Shown: piece after piece, positions 54,166 through 64,000 of the stretch | Layout of the letters: every line of letters begins with the position of its first letter | Position numbering within the stretch: the stretch's first letter is position 1 | Assembly (NCBI GenBank): GCA_951406725.2 | Contig: OX597821.1 | Coordinates: 78,182,001-78,246,000 of the forward strand | Origin: Octopus vulgaris | Lineage: Eukaryota | DNA length: 64,000 bases | Reading direction: 5' to 3' | The notes under the pieces: generated by a model | Database searches by the model: none | Told to the model about the DNA's origin: nothing | Seen by the model: the letters and a program-made list of their open reading frames with translations, nothing else | Position numbers and translations under genes: made by a program

Positions 54166-56255
54166 CAAGCTGAGAATACCTCGCAGTTCTCAAAAATGGA
54201 TGATAGAGCGTGTTTTCCAGAGGTCCTTGTTTCACTAATGGCAGCCACGTCCAAATCAAGCGACCTGAGATGTTTGAGCAAGTGACCTTGCATCCAAGCT
54301 GATCCTAGGACACGCACATTCACACACCTCATTCTCAGTACAGTTTTGCTAGTCGGAGAAAGAAAAAGATGAGGTTACATTGATTTTCGAGAAGCGGGAA
54401 GTTCCTGGCTTATCTACTGGCGAAAATTATTTTAAAAGACCCTTCCAACAGACTTTTATCAACTGATGGAGTATTTAGATCTACCCTTCTCCCATTCCTT
54501 TTTACAATTTTCCTTGCCATTTGTAAATCTGCTTCATCTATGCGGAAATCTTCTCGCCGAAGACGCAAAAAAACAAACAAACAAAAAACGGTGATATTCA
54601 CGGTTTTATGATTCATTTTTTTCGTATTGTTATTGCTGTTGTTGTTGTTAGTGTTGTTGCCACTGCTGCTGCTGTTGCTTTTGTTGCTGTCGCTGTCGAC
54701 ACCGAAAGTTTTGGCGTTGTTTAGGGACGAAACATTATTCTCCAGTGCGACGTCATTAAGGTTAGGTTATTCGATATTCTTGTTCTCGTTTTTCTGACGA
54801 GGATCACCCTCCTTTGTCAAACATTATGATGGCTTCTTTATCAGCCATCTTTAATTGAATAATAAAAACAGTAAAATATTATTTTTTCGAAAGTTATGAT
54901 TCGAAAATTATTGCTGCATACCTCCTACAGGGGGTGTTTCTACACTAAAATACTATCTGCGCAGTCCAGACAAACTCAGAAATGCTATAGTAACAATAAA
55001 ATAAAAACATAGGGCCTTAGATGGCCGAACAGATTACAAACCCAATTTCAACTTCGGGAGCTTCAAATTTCCATGTCTGTATAGTATGCCGGCCATAATT
55101 ATAATACCCTGACTTTTGGTGCAGGTTCCTCTGTTCATTTCCTTTTCTACAACTGCAGGGTGTGCTCAGGGCAGGTGCGAGTGAACGGACTTTCATCCAC
55201 CTTTCAGCAAACTGGCTAGAAGGTAACGTTTCCCTCTCTACCCTTATTTTTCTTTTCAAGTGAAGTTCATCAGGGATTGGCCAAAGAGAAAAGCATTTGT
55301 CTTCATTTCCTTCAGTCTCGTCCACTATACAACCTCTTTCGTAATGGCTCCAAAAAGAGCCTCCCATTCTCAGTTAAAGGAAGGCGGCAGGGCGATTTTC
55401 ACGATGGATCCTGTTGATAGCTGGACCCGTTCTACACGCGACAGCAAGCGTTCAGCACGAACCCACATACCAACAATGCTCGGACATTGGACCAGTGCAT
55501 GCAGGAAGTCTCGTCATCCTGCGCACATCTCTGACGTGCTCATCTGACGGTACTTCCGTGCCAATATAGTATATCTCGAACAGGCAAAGCTTCCCGGTAG
55601 CTTGGTCCTGAGTCGAAAGTTCTCCCGAAAAGAGCGGCTAGTTAATCTTCGACGCCCAACGTCTCTCCAACAATGTCGTCGTACCTTCCCTCTACTAATC
55701 CTCTATAGAAAGATTACGTGGACGTTCCACCTATCGCAGGTTTCAACTGGCTGAGAGCTGTGAGCGTTTGAAGATATTTCACTTCTTAAATGACTCCCGT
55801 CGGTTTGTCTTTTACTCAGGACTGAAGCTACGTTAAAGAAAATAGCTGTGGAAATACGTATCTGGCGAACGGCGACCCCACCTGTTCATTGTCAAGGAAG
55901 CACTGGAGATGTCGAAGCCTCAGCGCATGCCTGTGCGTCATCAATCACGGCAGAAGAATCAGAAGAGTATACACTGCAACGTAATCAGAGGGTGATCAGC
56001 ACAAGGCACGATGGTCAAGCGATAGTTGATGACGGACGCGATGTACGCGTTAACCATCTTGCACGTCCTTTCAGGGATAGCTTTTTCTCGGCCAATTTCT
56101 GAGTGGGAGTAACCACCCTGTTCGTTACCTCGTTCCAGTTTTTGTTCGAACCAGACCCCGAGCAATTTAACCGGCCCGTCCAATCAGCGCCCAAAGATGC
56201 AGTTGGACGGCATGGATTTGCTTCTCCAAGTGCCAAGCCGCAAGGCCACTGATTT
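54165..56255 (-). mobile_element. Decayed L1/Tx1-like LINE fragments (APE at 54165-54335; post-RT region 55000-56255)
   Basis: CVNVRVL...LDVAAISET endonuclease start; KLLGVWF and NWNEV...KKLSLKGR motifs. Confidence 0.6.
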
Positions 56256-56357
56256 TTCTTAGTTAATCATCGCTCCTGAAACCGCTCCGTAGTCGCTGAG
56301 AGCGTTGCCTATTATTTCTATGTGTTTATTATCTGACACCATATATATATATATATA

Positions 56358-57349
56358 TGGAGGATGAGGCAGAGTTTCGTAGCCCAATTCGTTCAACTTC
56401 TGTAGGGTCAGTTGTGCATCATGCGGCCGAGCGTTGTCCTGGAGAAGACATGGTCCTTTTCTATTGACCAATACTGAATGTTGTTGTCAGAGTTTCTTAT
56501 GCATTTTATCCATTTGCTGACAGTACTTCTCAGCCATAATGGTTTCGCCTGGATCCAAACAGCTGTGATGGATGAGACCGGCCGCAGACCACCAAAAAGT
56601 CACCATGACCTTCTTTTAGTGCAACTTTAGCTTCGGGAAGTGCCGTGGAGCTTCTTCGGCGTCCAACCACTGAGCTGAGCATCGCCGATTGTCGTAAAGA
56701 ATCCACTTTTTATCGCAAGTCACAATCCGGCCGAGAAACGGGTAGTTCTTGTTGTGTAAAAGAAGGGAAGACGACACTTCCAAACGGCGTTTTTTTTGGT
56801 TGTCGTTCAATTCGTGCGGCACCCATTTCTCAAGTATTTTTGTTTTTCCAATCTCTTTCAAGAGGTTGGAAATTGTCGTATACATTATGTTTAATTCAGA
56901 AGCAAGCTCTCGAAAAGTTGTGCGTGGATTGACTTCGACTAAGTCTCTTAGTTGATCGTTGTCAACATCCGATGGCCGACCACTACGCTTATCATCTTTA
57001 AGACTCTCGTCACCGCTACGAACTTTCTTAAACCACCATTGTGCTGTACGTTCATTAGTGGTTCTTGAGCCAAACGCATCGTTGATCTCGTGAGCTGTTT
57101 CAGCAGGTTTTTGTCCTAGCTTGAACTGGAATAAGAAAATTGTGCAAATTTGCTTTTTCTCCATGTTGTATTCAACGTTCCGGAAAAAAATGGCCTAACT
57201 ATTGTAAAAGAAAAAGAGCGACACGATTAGATAGAGCGAAAAATGGGTTTTATATATAAAGTCATAGTATTTTAACGAAAATGAAATTGAAAATACATCA
57301 TCTAAAACCAAAATTAAATATTCCGCAAGAAATTTCTTGACAACCTAAT
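56358..57349 (-). mobile_element. Mariner transposon (Mos1/SETMAR-like transposase), 3'-truncated, one TIR
   Basis: MEKKQI...RSGRP...WVPHEL...IVTCDKKWILYDN and QDNARPH...LPHPPY; terminal ttaggttgtcaagaaatttcttgcg; internal stop. Confidence 0.9.
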
Positions 57350-57612
57350 AGAAAAATCTTTTACACTATTTGATATGATCTCATGCAACATTTCCTTCTA
57401 CTGTCAACATCTTTCAACAAAACGAGTTTCTATATGGTCATATCACCTTCTAGAAATAGAAGCTATATTTCTCTCAGATTATACTCGTCGGATACTAGAA
57501 CTCTGGATAATCTAGTTATGAAACAGATATGCATTAAAATAAGAAAAGAGACATGGACTTGAAAAGTTGTCAATTAAATGAGTCATTTCGAAATTTCAAA
57601 AAAATGTTTTAC

Positions 57613-57704
57613 CTTTTCAATAGGCAAACTGTCCCAGTATAAATAGAGAGGACTTTTTTTAAATGCTTTCTCGGTGATCACAAACACTTTCTGCCACTTT
57701 TCAC
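57613..57704 (-). CDS. Gene B coding exon 2 (SEKWQKVFVITEKAFKKSPLYLYWDSLPIEK)
   Basis: ttgcag acceptor, AAG|gtaaaa donor, 92 nt, open, homologous to 13326-13417. Confidence 0.87.
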
Positions 57705-57878
57705 CTGCAACAGCTATAAACGGTAATCAATGATTTAGATGAAAGTGCAAAGATAGGATTTGAAAAGGCCTTATTACGATTTTAACGGAAGTATGCTGTA
57801 CAGAGTACTAAGATAAACACTGACTCGATTTTGAAATTATTAAATACAATGCAACATATTTCCTAAGTTTAATCTTAG

Positions 57879-57914
<36 letters not shown>

Positions 57915-58121
57915 GTATGTTTGACTTTTGCTTTATATTTGTACAAGTTGGCTCCAAGTCTCACCCGGAGACCTCAAGAGACAACAGGTTGGAAGTTCAC
58001 GTTGTTGTTATGCCTAGTGTGCCATATATTCGGTTGTTTTTTGTGTTGTACTGGTGGATGTCTAAAAAAAAAAATGTTTGTTTTAAACCTTGACATTACA
58101 TAGAAAGTATTTTGCGTAGGA

Positions 58122-58178
<57 letters not shown>

Positions 58179-58776
58179 CATTATTATTATTATTATTAAG
58201 GCAGCGAGCTGGCAGAATCGTTATCAAATCGTCAAAATGCTTAGCAGCACTTGGTCCGTCTTCACGTTTTGAGCTCAAATGGCGCCGTAGTCAACTTCGA
58301 CTTTCATCCTTTCGCGGTCGAAAAAATAAGTAGCACTTGAACACCGGCGTCAGTGTATTACTAAGAAACGTTTAGTGCAATACTTGGTAAGTATAGTGAT
58401 ACTATGTCGGTGATATTATCTAGGTCCCTAAAGCGGTGGGCTGACAGAATCGTTAGCTCGCCGGGAAAAATGCTTAGCGGTATTTCACCTTGCGCATCCT
58501 TCTGAGTTCAAATTCCGCCGTGGTCGACTTTTCCCTTCTATCTTTCACGGTTGACAAAAGCACGAGTCAAGCACTGGGGTCATTGTAATCAACTCACACC
58601 TCATTCAAAATTGCTAGCCTTGTACCAAATATTGAAACTGATATTTCTTGATCCAACTTTATAGAAGCAGTGCAAGTCTAATGGCGTGTGATTAAGTAAC
58701 GTGAAGATGACAGTTACGTATAACAGACAACATAACTATGAATAATTATCAGGAATTTGTAATGTCCCTAGCGTGC

Positions 58777-59512
58777 TTATTTATATGGATTTCATATTAT
58801 TGTAGACAAATTTATACGTGTAAGAGCAAGACATTTTATATACACCGAGATGAAAAAAATAATCATGATGGATTTTTTGACATGATTACATTTTGACATG
58901 ACCAGAAGGGTATATATATATATACGTTTATATATTTGTTGTGTAAGATTTTTTTATGCGAAGTCCTGTGTTGAAACAGATATTGTTATATTTCGGAATG
59001 GTCATTTTGCCAGTTTAGCCAATAAAATCACACGCTTCAGTGTTATTTATTTTTTACATTAATCTTAATCTTATTTCGGCCAGAGTTCTTTCGTCACACT
59101 CCTGTGACCGCATCACTGATCCTTTCTTCTTTCTTATTTGTGTCTCTCCTTACTTATATGAATTTCATATTATTGTAGACAAATTTATACGTGTAAGAGC
59201 AAGACATTTTGTATACACCGAGATGAAAAAAATAATCATGATGGATTTTTTGACATGATTACATTTTGACATGACCAGAAATACAAAATGGCTGACGGTT
59301 AGTAAGGAGAGACACAAATAAAAAAGAAGAAAACAAAGGAATACTGATGCGGCCACAGGAGTCTGACGAAAGAACTCTGACGAAAGAACTCGAAATAAGA
59401 TTAAGATTAATGTAAAAAGTAAATAACACTGAAGCAAAGTAACACCAAATATATAGTGCGTGTGATTTTATTGGCTAAACTGGCAAAATTACCATTCCGA
59501 AAAATAACAATA
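58777..59512. repeat. Direct (58777-58907 / 59152-59280) plus inverted (58975-59150 / 59300-59512) repeat cluster
   Basis: Near-exact direct copy of ttatatg..tttcatattattgtagac...gaccagaa and reverse-complement pairing; arrangement typical of Penelope pseudo-LTRs. Confidence 0.75.
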
Positions 59513-59674
59513 TATATATATAACAGCAAAACTTATACACAAGAAAGCTTATACAAAGCTTTACATTTTACTTTTGACAATCTGTTTCTAAAAATGTGAA
59601 ACCGGTCAAGTGCATTTTCAGACCTTCTTTCATATATATTTCCACTCGTGCGGTACCTTACAACTTCACTTTGT

Positions 59675-59753
<79 letters not shown>

Positions 59754-59774
59754 TTGCGTGCGTGTGTGTGTGTC

Positions 59775-59807
<33 letters not shown>

Positions 59808-60981
59808 TATAGATATACATATAATTCTAAAATTCTGTATACATACTTAAATATGATTCTTTCTCTATATATGCTTATATACAACCAGGATTTTTGATGA
59901 ACTTAAAATAATTACGAATATATTTTACTACCTAGTTTAAACACTTTCATGTAAGCAGTTTAAACAAAAAACCTCTTAACATTTTCCTATCGTTGTCAAA
60001 GGTTCTATTTTTTAACATTTTAATCATTTTCAAAGACTCTATTTCTTAACATTTTCTCATCATTATGAAATACTATATCTCTATTTTACTACAACTATGT
60101 TAACCATTTTCTAACACAACAAAGGTTTAGCTTTTACTATTCATAATCGTGTTTTAAAAAAATTGAAACCGGTCAAGTCAATAAACATTTTTAAAAGACC
60201 TCGGCATTTTCAAATCCTCTGTCCTATACATACATACATACATACATACATACATAAATACACACACACTCACAGATACACACACACACGCACACATACA
60301 CACATATATAGGGAGAATTCACAAAAAAATACAGACGAAGACAGGCGGTGTAGACAAGAAACAGACATATTAGTACAACGCTTGGGAAGTGAAAATGTCT
60401 TTAACGTTTTGAGCCTATGCTCTTCCACAGAAAGGAACACAGAAAGAAACAAGGCGAGAAAATAAAGAATGTGTAGTGACTAGCGATCTTTCATGGCAAA
60501 TGCCAGACAGAAGTGTCACACAGGAGAACTAGGATGAAGGAGGATAATAAAGTACTGGTGATCCCAAAACGAGTGTGCGCATGCGTTTGTATAAGAGAGT
60601 ATGTATGTGCGTGTGAAAGAGGGCTGGTGACTTTGATGCGTGCGTGCGTGAATTTTACACCGTACTACTAAGTATATTTGACGTTTGTCTCCCTCACACG
60701 CACAATCACACATAAACACACACAGAGACACAAATGCAGTTATATACACACACTCATACACATACATAAAAACTCGCACTCATTAACACAAGCACACACC
60801 CGCACATCCCCATACATACAGCATACATAGTGACCCCTACCTATTTTATAACTTCCTCCTTCTACCCATTTTGACGTCATTGCTTATAACGGATTATTTA
60901 AAAAAAAACACTCATTATCACTGTGGTCACCATGTAGGCAATCATCAAAAACTTTTGTTCATCTTGTGGCTGAAAGAGGCT

Positions 60982-61076
60982 CCTTATCTTTCCTGATGAG
61001 AAGATGGCATAATGCACCCTTTATTCCTTCGGAATTAAAAGTATGCCGTCTTCGAAACATGTGTCGAGAGTAAAGG
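60982..61076 (+). ncRNA. Type I hammerhead ribozyme with long stem II
   Basis: ctttc CTGATGA gaagatggcata...tatgccgtcttc GAAAC atgt GTC gagag; 12-bp stem II, 5-bp stem I, predicted cleavage after C61065. Confidence 0.8.
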
Positions 61077-61614
61077 AATTTTGTTAAAATCTTCGTTCGA
61101 CTCCATTCTTTCATTTATTCATATAAAAAACACACAAATTTCCACACAAGAACCCGGAGTTTCTACCCTTAACAGGTCGCTTCAACCGTGTTTTCTGACG
61201 TGAATTTGCTACCCAGGTATCGGTTAAACGAATTTTCCATGCTAGGATAATTCATTCACCTACTTAAATATATATATATATATATAAGTAAAATCTCATT
61301 ATAAAAGTAATTCATTAAACGAAGTTTAAGCGTTACATCAAATAGAATGAACTGAAGCAGATTTTAAAAATTGGATCTATTAATTCACTATTCAGTACCT
61401 CCCGACAGCTGTTTCTTTCAAAAAGAGAATAATAACATAAAAATTGAAAAAAAAGTACATTATCCTGTAATTTCTTTTTGAACGTCATCAGTGGAATATA
61501 ATTAAACTTAAAGGACATTTAAAATGAATACCTTGAGTTTTCTTCTTTACGATCACAATGAAAAAGGAGTAGTTTCTTACACTTTCAACTTGCAACATCT
61601 TTCAACCACCAAAT

Positions 61615-62575
61615 CTCAAAATAAGATTGATACATCAGGTTGATGACATCATAAGACTTGGAAGCAACTCCTTGAGCAACATTCCTTGTCTGATAGCCTA
61701 GAAAATATGCCCAAAGAAGTCGCACGACTCTACCGCAATGTATCATAAGATAAAAAGATGAGCCTATATAAGCAGAAGACTATGCCTTAATAAGATAGTG
61801 GAACGCTCTGAGATGAGAATAACATCGATCATCAAAGAATTCTATCATGGACCAACAACAGAATTCCTACCTTCCACTTTGCAGGGTAAGCGTTTGCAAT
61901 CCTGGAACAGGAAATATCAACCCAATACCTGATGCACAAAAGGGATAGAGATGGAGGAAATGCAATAAAATATGATAACCGATGCATATTTTGTGAAGTT
62001 AACACCGAAGATATCAGCCACATCATAAATAATTGTTCGAGGATGTCAACACGGTTTATCTAACGATGAGACATGATGCTGCAGCTAAGATACTCTATAA
62101 TGAAATCCGTCGGAAGGATGACCCCGAGGACAAAGAAACAACAATCCACAGTATGGTAGTAACCACAGCCACACATAATAAAAAGGAGTACTGGTGGACT
62201 GCTTGAGTGAAGACCTCAATAAAATGTTACCACAATAAAATGTAGGCACAATGATTTGGGATAGAGAAGAGTAACTGTGTACAATTGTGAAAATTAGCTG
62301 CCCTGGGGATGTTAGCATAAAGCTAAAGATCAGTGTAAAAGAGAATACCTACGCTGAACTATTGAAAATCTGCAGTTACTCTATTCAGACTACAAGTTCA
62401 GGTTTATGCCTGTACGTATTGGGGCCCTGAGATATGTAACACACTGCCTGAATACTAAATTTGGGGAACAAGACTTCTCAAACAAGAAAGGAGGAAGCTA
62501 ATTCGAAGACCTCAGATCCACTCCATCACTGGAACTGTAAAAATATGTAAAACTTAACCCATGTTTATCATTTAA
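61615..62575 (+). mobile_element. Decayed R4/Dong-like LINE 3' part
   Basis: FAILEQEISTQYL, C.FC..NTEDISHIINNC knuckle and ISCPGD RLE remnant. Confidence 0.7.
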
Positions 62576-63214
62576 ATATATATGAGCATGGCTAGATATG
62601 CAACTGTATGCATTATTATACATACATAAAACAAAACATACAAATCTACACATATATATTTATACATACATACATACACACATACATACATACATACATA
62701 CATACATACATACATACATACATACATACATACATACATACACACACACATACATACAAGCAGAAATACCCTGTTGTTGATGTTGAACTTCCAAAGAAGA
62801 AGCCTTGGCTCTAGGTTAGAAATCTTGTAATAAAAAACTGAACAATGATATACATACATACACATAAACATATATACACACATATAGATTCAAAACAACA
62901 ACGAACATCTCAAATAACCTTTCTCAATACATCTTTCCAAAACTACAGATATTCAACTCCAGATATTTTCAACAAAATCATATATAAGATGTATAAATCT
63001 TCTATAAAAGACCATTCATTAATGACTCCCTAAAAGGGTCTAAAGCACTAAAACAATCTTTATCCTACTCCTGACTAGCTTTTCTTCTTAATACATAAAA
63101 TGTGTCCACAACTTCAAACAATCTATCTGTCTGTCTCCTCCCCCACTCTCTCTCTAGCTATGTCTTCCTATCTCTATCTGTCTCTGTCTCTGTCTCTCTG
63201 TATGTGTGTGTGTA

Positions 63215-63247
<33 letters not shown>

Positions 63248-63346
63248 ATGTGTGTGTGTATATGTGTGTGTGCGTATAACGTTGGGTAAATGATGGAAAT
63301 ATAACAAACCAAACATAACAAAAGACAAGGAAAATGATTTACATAC

Positions 63347-63676
63347 TGTTTTCATTGAGCAAGATATACGATGAACAGTCGCAATCATAATCTTCCAGTT
63401 CTCCGCTGTAAAACGGTCGATGCATGTGACATACGCCATTACAATAGCTGAAATATCCACACTCAGCGTGTGATATACACTGAATTGCACACTGGGTACG
63501 AGATGCCGTCGTCTCAGTTATTTTATATTTGTCAAGTAAGCATTTTGATTTAGTAAGTATTTTGAAACGACTTTCATTATACTCTGCGTTGCAAGTTCTC
63601 GTAGTGACGAAAAGTATTAGTGCGATAGCTTGCAACAATTCGAGTATCCGACGATGTTGAATTGACGTTTCCACTC
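63347..63676 (-). CDS. Gene B coding exon 1: signal peptide + PAN/apple-like domain (GTG where gene A has ATG)
   Basis: tttttcag acceptor at 63677-63678, A|gtatgt donor; 330 nt as in gene A; all 8 mature-domain Cys conserved. Confidence 0.85.
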
Positions 63677-64000
63677 CTGAAAAATATACATATACATATA
63701 CATATACGTAACTACATACATACATACGTACATACATGTCTATCTACATACATACATACATATATACATACACACATACATACATACATACATACATGCA
63801 TATATATAAAAATTTTTTCAGTATGAGATAAAAAAAACCCCAAGGCTGTGAAGATTTTAGAACATTTATAAATAGGACTTACAGCTGTTTCCAGGATATT
63901 TATTATATCCCTTCATCGGAGACTGTGTGAGAAAATGGTTAAGCAATAGCTAATTTAGATAAGAAACGAAATAGAGAGTAAAGTGGAATTTCGTATCTTA

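Noticed and set aside
56616-57164. SETMAR-like host gene
   Set aside because: No SET domain, has a TIR, internal stop and truncation; ordinary mariner fossil.
59341-59395. CTGATGC...GAAAGAACTC hammerhead-like motif in the inverted repeat cluster
   Set aside because: Core position 9 and stems I/III deviate; cannot be supported without a family consensus.

Overview
AT-rich, microsatellite-saturated eukaryotic DNA. The SINE families and (TA)n/(AAT)n density point to a coleoid cephalopod, most likely Octopus (inference). Almost all ORF-track entries are microsatellite or TE noise. Manual splicing gives two tandem minus-strand paralogous genes with five coding exons each (gene A 1117-21258, gene B 40945-63676). 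They have identical exon sizes (330/92/149/110/50 nt) and phases, and encode ~242-aa secreted proteins: signal peptide, 8-Cys PAN/apple-like domain, then a fast-diverging C-terminal domain I cannot name. Introns and the intergenic region hold decayed R4/Dong LINEs nested in (AAT)n, Penelope-like elements, Tc1/mariner, hAT, CR1/L2-like and Tx1-like LINEs, a DINE/HINE-like element and tRNA SINEs. The most unexpected signal is about a dozen type-I hammerhead ribozyme (HHR) motifs. These include a 364-bp retrozyme-like unit in permuted and inverted copies, a tRNA-SINE with an HHR tail, and non-canonical core variants. TE boundaries are approximate and were read by eye.
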